A DNA stretch of 64,000 nt from Paracoccaceae bacterium. GTDB lineage: Bacteria > Pseudomonadota > Alphaproteobacteria > Rhodobacterales > Rhodobacteraceae. The DNA lies in contig JBBWVU010000020.1 of assembly GCA_050256375.1 (NCBI GenBank), positions 38,485 to 102,484 of the forward strand, in the 5' to 3' direction. Position 1 is the first letter of the stretch. The number at the start of each line of letters is the position of its first letter. Positions 9,297 to 19,210 of the stretch are shown piece by piece. The position numbers and the translations under genes were made by a program. The notes under the pieces are model-generated. The model was not told where the DNA came from. It did no database searches and was given only the letters and a program-made list of their open reading frames with translations.

Positions 9297-9947
9297 TTAA
9301 CGTGTGGTTTCCGTCATTCGACGACGCACATAAGTGTCGGTCAAATCCAGCATCTCGGTCATGCCGGGATCAAAGAAATGGCCCGCACCCTCGATAACTT
9401 CATGCGTAATCGTAATGCCTTTTTGCTCGTGCAGCTTGTTAACCAGCTCTTCAACAGGTTCCGGCGGCACAACCTTATCCCCGGAGCCATTAATAATCAG
9501 GCCGGAAGCCGGACAAGGTGCAAGGAAGCTGAAATCGTACATATTTGCAGGCGGAGCCACCGAGATGAAGCCGGAAACTTCCGGACGACGCATCAGCAAT
9601 TGCATGCCAATCCATGCACCAAACTGGAACCCGGCAACCCAGCAATGCTTGGCGTTCGGGTTCATGCCTTGCAGATAATTCAGCGCCGCAGCGGCATCAG
9701 ACAATTCACCAATACCTTGGTCATATTCGCCCTGCGAACGACCAATGCCACGGAAATTAAACCTCAAAACCGTAAAACCCATCTTGTGGAAGGTGTAATG
9801 CAGGTTATGCGTCACCTTGTTGTTCATCGTTCCGCCATGCTCGGGATGCGGATGCAAGATGATTGCAATCGGCGCGTCCTTGGCTTTTTGGGGGTGATAA
9901 CGACCTTCAAGCCGACCATCTGGGCCGGCGAAAATTACCTCAGGCAT
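9297..9947 (-). CDS. Alpha/beta hydrolase family protein (conserved next to iscR); nucleophile position is Gln
   Basis: LHPHPEHGGTMNNKV, LRFNFRGIGRSQG, GFQFG in place of GxSxG, downstream D (GSGDKVV) and H (GAGHFF). Confidence 0.85.
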   Translation of the reverse strand: MPEVIFAGPDGRLEGRYHPQKAKDAPIAIILHPHPEHGGTMNNKVTHNLHYTFHKMGFTVLRFNFRGIGRSQGEYDQGIGELSDAAAALNYLQGMNPNAKHCWVAGFQFGAWIGMQLLMRRPEVSGFISVAPPANMYDFSFLAPCPASGLIINGSGDKVVPPEPVEELVNKLHEQKGITITHEVIEGAGHFFDPGMTEMLDLTDTYVRRRMTETTR

Positions 9948-9985
9948 ACAATATCGCTCCTGCGACTAAAGGGTTTGACCGAATG

Positions 9986-10004
9986 CTTGACTTAATCAGT
10001 CAAC
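9986..10004. promoter_or_regulatory. Candidate IscR / iron-Rhodo-type operator
   Basis: Palindrome cTTGAC-ttaatca-GTCAAc about 100 nt upstream of the Rrf2 gene; resembles TTGAC-N7-GTCAA boxes described for rhodobacterial isc-suf promoters. Confidence 0.6.
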
Positions 10005-10025
10005 CAACCTAGAAACATTCTAAAC

Positions 10026-10041
10026 TAAGGGATATCCCTTA
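10026..10041. repeat. Perfect 16-bp palindrome TAAGGGATATCCCTTA
   Basis: Reads identically on both strands; lies between the divergent hydrolase and iscR genes. Confidence 0.8.
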
Positions 10042-10106
10042 ATTACTCGATATGGAAGTAAGCCCTGAGGGGGCTTGCGTCAACCTCTCGTAGATCGGAA
10101 CAGGCC

Positions 10107-10568
10107 ATGAAGCTCAGCACAAAAGGACGTTATGCGATGATTGCGCTGGTCGATATGGCTGATAAGGGCAAAGATAGGTTGATTTCTCTGTCCGAAATAT
10201 CCGAACGTCAAGGGATTTCATTAGCTTATCTGGAGCAGTTGTTCGTAAAGCTGCGTCGTGCCGAGATTGTAGAATCAGTGCGCGGACCAGGTGGTGGCTA
10301 TCGTCTGGCCTCGCCAACAACTGAGATTCGAATTTCAGAGATTCTGTGCGCCGTCGATGAAACCATGGACGCTATGTCGCGCGGTGCGGGGGCCAGTGGT
10401 GGCGATCAGGATACTGACTCGCAGCGGTTGACTGATAAGCTGTGGGAACGTCTGTCCGCCCATGTTTACGTTTTCCTGCACCAAACCCGTCTTAGCGACA
10501 TCACGGGCGACGAGCTTGCCCCATGTCCGGCGGTTCCGGCATTCGTTCATCTGGTGGACGACGAATGA
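10107..10568 (+). CDS. iscR: Rrf2 family regulator IscR (Rhodobacter type)
   Basis: MKLSTKGRYA...YLEQLFVKLRR...SVRGPGGGY; C-terminal PCPAVP; heads the suf operon. Confidence 0.88.
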   Translation: MKLSTKGRYAMIALVDMADKGKDRLISLSEISERQGISLAYLEQLFVKLRRAEIVESVRGPGGGYRLASPTTEIRISEILCAVDETMDAMSRGAGASGGDQDTDSQRLTDKLWERLSAHVYVFLHQTRLSDITGDELAPCPAVPAFVHLVDDE

Positions 10569-11608
10569 GCAGGGTTTACCTAGATTACAACGCGACCACT
10601 CCGCTACGCCCCGAGGCTAAATCGGCGATGGTTGCAGCGATGGAGGTCACGGGAAACCCCTCGTCCGTTCATGCAGAGGGCCGCAAAGCCAAGGCAATTG
10701 TCGAAACTGCCCGTCGCCAGATTTCCGATGCGACGGGGGCCTCCGGTGCCGACATTATTTTTACCTCAAGTGCAACCGAGGCGGCAGCCTTGGCGATGGC
10801 AGGCCAAGGGTATCTGTGCGCAGCCGTCGAGCATGATTGCGTAACTGCGTGGGCATCCGAGGCGTTACACGCCGACAAAAACGGCTATGTACGTGCCGAA
10901 GACCCGAAGAACACCAGCTTGCAACAGGTGAACAGCGAGACGGGTGTCATCCACACGTTGCCCGAGGGCATTGCGCTGTCGGATGTGGTGCAGGCTTTCG
11001 GCAAAATGCCGTATGCGTTTTCGTGGAGCGGGGCGGAGCGTGCGATGATCTCTGGCCACAAATTCGGTGCTCCCAAGGGTGTGGGCGCGTTAATCATTCG
11101 TAAAGGTATCGAGGTTGACGCCCGCCTTAAAGGGGGCGGCCAGGAAATGGGCCGCCGTTCCGGTACGGAGAACGTTGTAGGAATTGCTGGCATGGGCGCT
11201 GCGGCTGCTGCGGCTGCTCGGGATGTAGATGCTGGCCTATGGGGTGCGGTTGCAGACACGCGCGACTGGCTGGAAGGGTGTTTGGCCGACGCGGCCGGTG
11301 ACATCCAGATTTTCGCGCGGGACGTTGATCGCCTGCCCAATACCTCTTATTTCGCGGTTTCCGGCTGGAAGGGTGAAACGCAGGTTATGCAGATGGATTT
11401 GGCTGGCTTTGCGGTCTCGGCAGGCTCGGCTTGCTCAAGCGGCAAGGTTGTTGGCAGCAAAGTCCTGAAAGCGATGGGTTACGACGATGATACCGCCAGC
11501 AGTGCGATACGCATTTCGATGGGATTAGAGACAACGCGCGAGGAAGTAAAACGCTTCGCCGACACATGGATAGAACACTACCGCCGTTACAAACAGCGCG
11601 CGGCTTGA
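10565..11608 (+). CDS. iscS: Cysteine desulfurase, IscS/NifS type
   Basis: [15 protein letters not shown] (PLP lysine) and GSACSSG catalytic Cys; ATGA overlap with iscR. Confidence 0.9.
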   Translation: MSRVYLDYNATTPLRPEAKSAMVAAMEVTGNPSSVHAEGRKAKAIVETARRQISDATGASGADIIFTSSATEAAALAMAGQGYLCAAVEHDCVTAWASEALHADKNGYVRAEDPKNTSLQQVNSETGVIHTLPEGIALSDVVQAFGKMPYAFSWSGAERAMISGHKFGAPKGVGALIIRKGIEVDARLKGGGQEMGRRSGTENVVGIAGMGAAAAAAARDVDAGLWGAVADTRDWLEGCLADAAGDIQIFARDVDRLPNTSYFAVSGWKGETQVMQMDLAGFAVSAGSACSSGKVVGSKVLKAMGYDDDTASSAIRISMGLETTREEVKRFADTWIEHYRRYKQRAA

Positions 11609-11625
11609 ATAAAAGGAGAAAGCCA

Positions 11626-13134
11626 ATGGATGCTTTAGAGGATGTAGTTAAGGAAGGTGTTGACGCCGAAACCGTTGAGGCGGTGAAAGGTGTTGCCGAA
11701 AAGTACAAGTACGGCTTCGAGACCGAGATCGAGACGGAATACGCGCCGCTTGGACTAAACGAGGACATTGTGCGCCTGATCTCAGGTAAAAACGATGAAC
11801 CGGAGTGGTTGCTGGAATGGCGCCTTGATGCGTATCGCCGTTGGTTGCTCCTGGAGGAGCCGGACTGGGCGATGGTCGATTACCCAAAGATAAACTTTCA
11901 GGACATCTATTACTACGCCCAACCCGCCAGCATGAAGGAAAAGCCGAAGTCTTTGGACGAGGTCGACCCTAAGTTGCTGGAAACTTACGCGAAGCTTGGT
12001 ATTCCGTTGAAGGAACAGGCGTTACTTGCAGGTGTTGAAATGCCTGAAGGCGAACGCAAGGTTGCTGTGGACGCGGTATTTGATTCCGTTTCGGTGGGGA
12101 CGACTTTCAAGGAAGAGCTCGGCAAAGCTGGCGTAATCTTCTGTTCGTTCTCGGAGGCCGTAAAGGACCACCCTGAACTTGTCCGCAAGTATCTGGCTTC
12201 GGTTGTTCCAATCTCGGACAACTATTACGCGACGCTGAACAGTGCGGTGTTCTCGGACGGCTCGTTCGTTTATATCCCCGAAGGTGTGAAATGCCCTATG
12301 GAACTGTCCACGTATTTTCGCATCAACGCGGAAAATACAGGCCAGTTTGAACGCACGCTGATTATTGCGGAAAAAGGCTCGAAAGTTTCGTATCTTGAGG
12401 GCTGCACGGCCCCACAACGCGACACCAACCAGCTTCACGCTGCTGTGGTCGAGATTGTGATCATGGAAGACGCAGACGTTAAGTATTCCACGGTGCAAAA
12501 TTGGTATCCGGGTGACGAAAACGGCGTTGGCGGCATTTACAATTTCGTAACCAAACGAGCTGATTGTCGTGGTGATCGGGCCAAGGTTATGTGGACGCAG
12601 GTTGAAACGGGTTCTGCGGTGACGTGGAAATACCCGTCGTGCATTTTGCGCGGCGATGATTCACAGGGCGAGTTCTACTCGATCGCGATCGCCAACAACT
12701 ACCAACAGGCCGACACGGGCACCAAGATGATCCATCTGGGCAAACGCACAAAGTCGCGGATTGTATCCAAGGGGATTTCGGCGGGGCATGCGCAGAACAC
12801 GTACCGCGGGCTGGTCACGATGCACCCACGGGCGAAGAACTCGCGCAATTATACCCAATGCGACAGCTTGCTGATCGGCAACAAATGCGGGGCGCACACG
12901 GTGCCGTACATTGAAGTTAAGAACAACTCCTCGCGTGTTGAACATGAAGCAACGACATCCAAGGTGGACGACGAGCAATTGTTCTACTGCCTGCAACGCG
13001 GCGTTGGCGAGGAAGAGGCGGTTGCCCTGATCGTAAACGGATTCGTTAAGGAAGTGTTGCAATCTCTGCCAATGGAATTCGCAATGGAAGCGCAAAAACT
13101 TGTAGCGATCTCTCTTGAGGGGTCGGTGGGCTAA
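11626..13134 (+). CDS. sufB: Fe-S cluster assembly protein SufB
   Basis: [26 protein letters not shown] and EHEATTS; AAGGAG RBS before ATG 11626. Confidence 0.97.
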   Translation: MDALEDVVKEGVDAETVEAVKGVAEKYKYGFETEIETEYAPLGLNEDIVRLISGKNDEPEWLLEWRLDAYRRWLLLEEPDWAMVDYPKINFQDIYYYAQPASMKEKPKSLDEVDPKLLETYAKLGIPLKEQALLAGVEMPEGERKVAVDAVFDSVSVGTTFKEELGKAGVIFCSFSEAVKDHPELVRKYLASVVPISDNYYATLNSAVFSDGSFVYIPEGVKCPMELSTYFRINAENTGQFERTLIIAEKGSKVSYLEGCTAPQRDTNQLHAAVVEIVIMEDADVKYSTVQNWYPGDENGVGGIYNFVTKRADCRGDRAKVMWTQVETGSAVTWKYPSCILRGDDSQGEFYSIAIANNYQQADTGTKMIHLGKRTKSRIVSKGISAGHAQNTYRGLVTMHPRAKNSRNYTQCDSLLIGNKCGAHTVPYIEVKNNSSRVEHEATTSKVDDEQLFYCLQRGVGEEEAVALIVNGFVKEVLQSLPMEFAMEAQKLVAISLEGSVG

Positions 13135-13187
13135 GGCTCGTCAATGAATTTAGACGGCCGAGCGCCGCATACTAAGGACTGAACAAA

Positions 13188-13943
13188 ATGTTGAATATCA
13201 AGAACCTGAAAGCCTCGCTTGAGGACGAAGATAAACAAATCCTTAAAGGTATCGATCTGGATATCGGACCAGGTGAAGTGCACGCTATCATGGGACCTAA
13301 CGGTTCCGGTAAGTCGACCCTAGCCTATGTGCTTTCGGGCAAGGGTGGGTATGTAGTGGACGAAGGCTCGGCCACGCTCGACGCGACCGATTTACTGGAC
13401 ATGGAGCCAGAGGAACGCGCCGCTGCTGGGCTTTTCCTTGCGTTCCAGTATCCGGTCGAAATTCCCGGCGTTGGCAACATGACGTTCCTTCGCACGGCCC
13501 TTAACTCACAACGCAAAATGCGTGGCGAGGAGGAGCTGAACGCGGCGGAATTCCTCAAACTCGTGCGTGCCGAAGCCAAAAAGCTGAAGATTGACGCAGA
13601 CATGCTTAAGCGTCCGGTTAACGTTGGCTTCTCGGGTGGCGAGAAGAAGCGTAATGAAATTCTGCAAATGGCGATGCTTGCGCCAAAGATGTGCATTCTG
13701 GATGAAACGGATTCCGGTCTGGATGTCGATGCGATGAAACTTGTGGCCGAGGGCGTGAACGCGATGCGCGACGGCAAACGCTCGTTCCTTGTTATCACCC
13801 ATTACCAACGCCTGCTGGATCACATCAAGCCGGACGTGGTGCATATAATGGCAGATGGCAAAATTATCAAAAGCGGTGGGCCGGAACTGGCGCTTGAGGT
13901 CGAAAACAACGGCTATGCTGATCTGCTGAACGAGGTGGCGTAA
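13188..13943 (+). CDS. sufC: Fe-S cluster assembly ATPase SufC
   Basis: GPNGSGKST, FQYPVEIPGV, FSGGEKKRNE and LDETDSGLD. Confidence 0.97.
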   Translation: MLNIKNLKASLEDEDKQILKGIDLDIGPGEVHAIMGPNGSGKSTLAYVLSGKGGYVVDEGSATLDATDLLDMEPEERAAAGLFLAFQYPVEIPGVGNMTFLRTALNSQRKMRGEEELNAAEFLKLVRAEAKKLKIDADMLKRPVNVGFSGGEKKRNEILQMAMLAPKMCILDETDSGLDVDAMKLVAEGVNAMRDGKRSFLVITHYQRLLDHIKPDVVHIMADGKIIKSGGPELALEVENNGYADLLNEVA

Positions 13944-15229
13944 TGGCGCTTGCTGCAAACAAAGTGGACGCAACCGAGGCGTTGATTGCCGCCTATCCTG
14001 CGCCTGACGGCGAGGGGAAATGGGCGTCTGATGCACGTGCGCGGGCATTGGCTACGCTGCGGGCAAACGGTGCACCGGTTCGACGGGACGAGTATTGGAA
14101 ATTCACTGATCCTGCGCGATTGCTGGAGCCTGTGAAACCTGCTGCGATGCTGACCACCGACGAAGCGCCCGTTTTTGGCGATGTCGACAAACTGCTTGTG
14201 GTCTTTGTGGACGGTATTCTGAATGCCGAACTGTCGGATGATCTGACGATGGAGGGTTTCGAGATCGAAACACTTGCATCCGCCATGTCGAAAGACATCC
14301 ACTGGGCGAGCGACATTTACGGTGCGTTAGAGGCCAACGGCCAGAACCCCGTTTCGCGCCCGTTGGCGGCATTGAACACTGCCCGCGCTACTGAAGGTCT
14401 GGTGATCCGAGTGACTGGCAAAGCTGCGAAATCCATCGCGCTGCGCTATGTGCGCACGTCTGATGCGGCAGATGTGATGGTGCACACTATTTTCAAGCTT
14501 GAAAAAGGTGCGGACGTCACGTTGCTGGAAAATGGTCCGGCGGCGGCGCGGTTCAACTCTTGCCTTGAGGTCGAGATTGCTGACGGTGCGGCCTTCCACC
14601 ATGTGCGTGCTCAGGGACGGGACCATGAACGTCTGGCCGCGACTCATATGTTTGTGCGTCTTGGAAACGAAAGCCGTTTCAAAAGTTTCACGCTGACCGT
14701 TAACGGTGCGTTAACCCGCAACGAGGCCGTGATCGAGTTCACCGGCGACGATGCGTTTGCCACAGTTTCCGGCGCAAGTGCTGGCGACGGGGTGTTTCAT
14801 CACGACGACACGGTGTTTGTGACCCATGATGCGTTGAATTGCGAAAGCCGTCAGGTTTTCAAAAAAGTTCTGCGGAATGGCGCGACGGGCGTGTTTCAGG
14901 GAAAGATCCTTGTGCATTCCCACGCGCAGAAAACGGACGGTTACCAGATTGCTCAAGGCCTGTTGTTGGACGACGACTGTACGTTCCTTGCTAAACCCGA
15001 GTTGGAGATTTACGCCGACGATGTGATCTGCTCGCATGGGTCCACCTGTGGGGCGGTCGATGAAGCGGCGTTGTTCTATCTGACTTCGCGCGGCGTCCCC
15101 AAGGCGCAGGCGCAGGATATGCTGGTGTTGGCGTTCATGGACGAAAGCATTCAGGAAATTGAGGACGGGGCATTGGCCGACGACATCCGCGGCCGACTTG
15201 CTGGCTGGATGGAACGGCATAGGGACTGA
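13943..15229 (+). CDS. sufD: Fe-S cluster assembly protein SufD
   Basis: EYWKFTD, QKTDGYQ, KPELEIYADDVICSHG and LFYLTSRGVP. Confidence 0.95.
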   Translation: MALAANKVDATEALIAAYPAPDGEGKWASDARARALATLRANGAPVRRDEYWKFTDPARLLEPVKPAAMLTTDEAPVFGDVDKLLVVFVDGILNAELSDDLTMEGFEIETLASAMSKDIHWASDIYGALEANGQNPVSRPLAALNTARATEGLVIRVTGKAAKSIALRYVRTSDAADVMVHTIFKLEKGADVTLLENGPAAARFNSCLEVEIADGAAFHHVRAQGRDHERLAATHMFVRLGNESRFKSFTLTVNGALTRNEAVIEFTGDDAFATVSGASAGDGVFHHDDTVFVTHDALNCESRQVFKKVLRNGATGVFQGKILVHSHAQKTDGYQIAQGLLLDDDCTFLAKPELEIYADDVICSHGSTCGAVDEAALFYLTSRGVPKAQAQDMLVLAFMDESIQEIEDGALADDIRGRLAGWMERHRD

Positions 15230-15230
15230 T

Positions 15231-15827
15231 ATGGGCTTTCTAGGCAGCGGGTTCCTACCCGAAATCATTAACGCATATGGCGGTCTTCGGCCCTCCATGC
15301 GCAAACAAATGGACAAAAACCCGGGCGAAGAGGGTCTGTTGGCGCTGCTGGTCTTCGGCTGCTTCGTGATCTTCCTCAGCTTTTTGCCGCGCTTGTTTGC
15401 GACCGACCTGTCGCAAACGCCAGACCAAAGCATGGCCGCCGGAATCATCATGTGGTTCTTCGTGGTAATGTTCTTTATGCCGCTGGTCCTTTACGGAGTC
15501 GCATGGGCCTCGCACCTGATCGCCAAGCCTTTCGGGGCGACCAACGGCAATAAAGCCGCGCGCCACGCCCTTTTCTGGGCACTTTCCGTCGTTAGTCCGG
15601 TGTTAATTACCAAAGCCATGCTTTCAAGTGTTTTCATCCAGATTGGTGGGGATACCGGCACGCTTTTATTGGGCGGTTTAAACGTGGTTTTGATCCTCGC
15701 AATCCTGCGAATTTGGGGCGCAATGTTGGCAGAAGCCAAGGAATTCAGCAGTGCTATGCGGGTTTCTGGCGTCATAGCCATTGTTTTTGCAGGAATTTTC
15801 GGAATTATCTTTATTGCAGCGATATAG
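15231..15827 (+). CDS. Yip1-family membrane protein (copy 1)
   Basis: Multiple hydrophobic helices and an R.ALFW motif; position after sufD is typical of rhodobacterial suf operons. Confidence 0.7.
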   Translation: MGFLGSGFLPEIINAYGGLRPSMRKQMDKNPGEEGLLALLVFGCFVIFLSFLPRLFATDLSQTPDQSMAAGIIMWFFVVMFFMPLVLYGVAWASHLIAKPFGATNGNKAARHALFWALSVVSPVLITKAMLSSVFIQIGGDTGTLLLGGLNVVLILAILRIWGAMLAEAKEFSSAMRVSGVIAIVFAGIFGIIFIAAI

Positions 15828-15908
15828 CGTAATATAGCCCAAGTCCTGCCCCATTTCGGTCAAACTTGTGAACCATCTTGGTCTTAACTCAAAAACAAGG
15901 ATTTGATC

Positions 15909-16553
15909 ATGGTGAGCATTAATATGACAGACATTAGCAACGAAGCAGCAAACCTGCGCCCCAGCGTTTCTGTTCGTATCGCCTAATCCTTATTTGATAT
16001 GAAATCAACAACAGAAGAGCTGTTGGCTGAACGCCCCTCCGAGGTGCGCCTGTTGTTGTTTGTGTTGCTCTCGGACATGATTTTTACCCTTTCGTGGGCC
16101 CTCAAAACAGTTATCGCCCCTACTGCGGGCGCGGCCACCTTGATGGCGGCTGATATCGCCCTGTGGTTGATGGTTGCGCTGATGCTGCGGGCCACGACGA
16201 TTTACGCCTTGGCACTGGTGATAGGTGTTGTTGTGAAACTCGCGGGCGGCAAAGCTAGCCTGCATGAAACGCGCGTTGGTGTTATCTGGGGCGTTTTTGT
16301 TGCCGCACCAGTCGGTCTCGTGATCTCGGAATTAGCAGTGCTTATCAATGAATTTTAAGGCAACGTGCCATTCCTGCAAAACGATGCTGTCCAGATGCTT
16401 CCATATTGGCTGGGCGTTGTGCCTTTCGTTTGGTTTGTTGCCAAAGGCGCTGCGGCCGCAAATAGGATCGAGAACGTAGTTCCGATTTTCGGGGCAATGT
16501 CGGCCATCGCCGTCGCATTGGCCATGGGTATCAGATATCTGGCGCTAGTTTAA
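15909..16553 (+). pseudogene. Yip1-family membrane protein (copy 2) interrupted by two in-frame TAA codons (15984-15986 and 16356-16358)
   Basis: One continuous 215-codon frame. SVSVRIA*SLFDMKSTTEELLAERPSE aligns with copy 3 SFAARIVDAWKDMPASTRRLIDEHPSE, and INEF*GNVPFL aligns with MASMEDTLPFL. Confidence 0.8.
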
Positions 16554-16711
16554 ATATATCTCTATATACAGGACCAGATACCACAACAGGTTTTTGGTCC
16601 TGACATTACGATTACAGTGCCACTTCCGTTCCCCGTATTTGTGTAAATCCAAATTAATTAATAATACAAATCCAATTTGATATATAATTTCTAAAAGGGG
16701 CTGCAATTACC

Positions 16712-17377
16712 ATGGTCACAGATCCAGAAAATACGAAGTTCAAAGCCGGATACGGGGTTTACCAGTCTGATCAAGCCAGCTTTGCAGCGCGTATTGTAGA
16801 CGCATGGAAAGACATGCCCGCCTCAACGCGCCGCCTGATAGACGAACACCCGTCCGAAGCCCGGCTTTTGTTTTTTGTGCTACTGTCCGACCTAATTTTC
16901 TTCCTGTCGTTCTCAGTAAAAATAGTCGTCAGCCCGACGTCCATTGCGGAAAGCGCACTGCCCGACGATGTTGCATTGTTGCTTGTCATTGCACTTTTGC
17001 TTCGTACCGCGATTATTTATGTGTTCTCCATGGTTCTGGGTGTGGTACTGCGCGCCTTTGGTGGCACCGGCAGCCTGAAAGACACGCGCGCGGGCGTGTT
17101 CTGGGGTTCATTCGTATCCGCCCCGTTCGAGGTGCTGGCCGCGATACTGACAGTTGGCATGGCTTCGATGGAGGATACACTGCCCTTCCTTTCCAGCGAG
17201 ACGTTATCTTTGGCCCCATTATGGCTGGGATTGCTGCCATATATCTGGTTCGTCTCGGCAGGTGCCACTTCGGCACATGGATTCAAACGTTTTACCCCAT
17301 TATTTGCAGCTCTTTCGCTGCTATGTATTGTAGGTATGTTCTGGGCACTATATCTAAGGGCAAACGGAGTAATCTGA
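16712..17377 (+). CDS. Yip1-family membrane protein (copy 3)
   Basis: HPSEARLLFFVLLSD...TRAGVFWG; clear paralog of copy 2. Confidence 0.75.
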   Translation: MVTDPENTKFKAGYGVYQSDQASFAARIVDAWKDMPASTRRLIDEHPSEARLLFFVLLSDLIFFLSFSVKIVVSPTSIAESALPDDVALLLVIALLLRTAIIYVFSMVLGVVLRAFGGTGSLKDTRAGVFWGSFVSAPFEVLAAILTVGMASMEDTLPFLSSETLSLAPLWLGLLPYIWFVSAGATSAHGFKRFTPLFAALSLLCIVGMFWALYLRANGVI

Positions 17378-17971
17378 ATGCCTAAATCACTATTTGCTTT
17401 GGTTCGGGAGAGTATCTTCCAGCCACGCGTCGCTGCCCGATATATTGCGAACGTTAGCCCGTCCTCGGAAGTTGTATTTCTGGGGGCGCTTTTGCTGGCT
17501 GTTGCCAGCGTTCTATCGCAATACCTAATGTTCGGTTTTGTAAGCCGCGCGCTAATCGATGACTGGACTATGACTTTCAATATGCCGTTTATAGACGTGG
17601 CATTCCAGTTCATCCGTATATTTGTGATCGCGCAGGTGACAGTGTTTCTGGCTAAAAGAATTAGTTTCGACGTCCAGCTTTTTGACGTCGTAAAGGTCTT
17701 TGTTTGGTACAATCTGATACTACAGTTATTGTTTGGACTTACGATTCTAGTGATGTTGATGTTTGGGCTTATTGGCTTGCTCATCATCCTGTTCACGGCC
17801 TTCTGGGCGCCGTATGCTGCCGCTCTGTTCTGGTCCGAGTTGTTTGATACTAAAAAATTGTTTCTGGGATTTGCCATCGCGGTGGTGGCATTCCTTATAG
17901 CAAGCGCTATATCAGCTGTTGTGGCAGGATTTCTTGGCCTGCCAGTTATGGAGATAATCCCGAATGTATGA
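17378..17971 (+). CDS. Yip1-family membrane protein (copy 4)
   Basis: Hydrophobic, QPRVAAR N-terminal motif; abuts copy 3 and overlaps the sufS start. Confidence 0.65.
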   Translation: MPKSLFALVRESIFQPRVAARYIANVSPSSEVVFLGALLLAVASVLSQYLMFGFVSRALIDDWTMTFNMPFIDVAFQFIRIFVIAQVTVFLAKRISFDVQLFDVVKVFVWYNLILQLLFGLTILVMLMFGLIGLLIILFTAFWAPYAAALFWSELFDTKKLFLGFAIAVVAFLIASAISAVVAGFLGLPVMEIIPNV

Positions 17972-19184
17972 CGTTAATGAAATCCGCCAGGAATTCCCGA
18001 TCCTGTCGCGCAAAGTCCATGGAAAACCGCTGGTTTATCTGGATAACGGTGCATCTGCGCAAAAGCCTCAGGTGGTGATCGATGCGGTTACGCGTGGTTA
18101 CTCCGAAGAATACGCGAACGTGCATCGCGGGCTACATTACCTGTCAAACCTTGCCACCGACAAATACGAGGCCGTACGCGGGATTGTGCAGAAGTTTCTG
18201 GGCGCTGAACGTGAAGAAGAAATCCTTTTCACATCCGGCTCGACCGAGGGTCTAAACCTTGTCTCATACGGTTGGGCGGTTCCCAACCTGAAAGAGGGCG
18301 ACGAGATTATTCTGTCGGTGATGGAGCATCACGCAAACATCGTGCCGTGGCATTTTCTGCGTGAACGCATGGGCGTCGTGCTGAAATGGGTGGACATAGC
18401 GGACGACGGCTCGCTTGATCCACAGGCTGTGATTGACGCGATTTCGCCCAAGACGAAAATGATTGCGATTACCCATATGTCCAACGTGCTGGGCACGGTT
18501 GTCGACATCAAACCGATCATCAAGGCGGCCCATGATAAAAGGGTTGTCGTGTGTGTCGACGGCTCGCAATCAACGGTGCATATGCCGGTGAATGTTGCTG
18601 ATCTGGATGCGGACTTCTATGTGATCACGGGGCATAAGCTCTATGGCCCGTCGGGTTCCGGCGCGATCTATATAAAGTCAGAACGCCAAGCCGAAATGCG
18701 CCCTTTCATGGGCGGTGGCGATATGATCGGTGATGTGACCAAGGACGTGATCACCTACAACACGCCTCCGCATAAATTCGAGGCTGGCACCCCCGCGATC
18801 GTTCAGATCATCGGCATGGGCGTGGCGTTGGAATATATGATGGACATCGGCATGGAGAACATCGCGGCCCACGAGGCGGCTTTGTTTACCTACGCAAACG
18901 AGCGTCTGCGCGGGCTGAACTACATCAACATTCAGGGCAACGCACCGGGCAAGGGCGCGATATTCTCGTTAACCATGGACGGCGCCGCGCACGCGCATGA
19001 TATTTCCACTATTGTGGACCGCAAAGGCGTGGCGATCAGGGCAGGCCACCATTGTGCGCAACCCTTGATGCATCATATGGGCGTTACGGCGACCGTTCGC
19101 GCATCCTTCGGGATGTATAACACGGTTGAAGAGGTTGATGTGTTGGTCGATGCGTTGGAATTGTGTCACGAGTTGCTGGGGTAA
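17964..19184 (+). CDS. sufS: Cysteine desulfurase SufS
   Basis: YLDNGASAQKP, EHHANIVPW, TGHKLYGP and RAGHHCAQP. Confidence 0.96.
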   Translation: MYDVNEIRQEFPILSRKVHGKPLVYLDNGASAQKPQVVIDAVTRGYSEEYANVHRGLHYLSNLATDKYEAVRGIVQKFLGAEREEEILFTSGSTEGLNLVSYGWAVPNLKEGDEIILSVMEHHANIVPWHFLRERMGVVLKWVDIADDGSLDPQAVIDAISPKTKMIAITHMSNVLGTVVDIKPIIKAAHDKRVVVCVDGSQSTVHMPVNVADLDADFYVITGHKLYGPSGSGAIYIKSERQAEMRPFMGGGDMIGDVTKDVITYNTPPHKFEAGTPAIVQIIGMGVALEYMMDIGMENIAAHEAALFTYANERLRGLNYINIQGNAPGKGAIFSLTMDGAAHAHDISTIVDRKGVAIRAGHHCAQPLMHHMGVTATVRASFGMYNTVEEVDVLVDALELCHELLG

Positions 19185-19210
19185 GAGGTGGGTGATTCAC
19201 CCATTGTTCC

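Noticed and set aside
14711-15451. 246-aa minus-strand ORF
   Set aside because: Antisense to sufD and Yip1 copy 1, with no recognisable motifs.
17017-17877. 286-aa minus-strand ORF
   Set aside because: Antisense shadow of the hydrophobic Yip1 copies 3 and 4; no family motifs or RBS.
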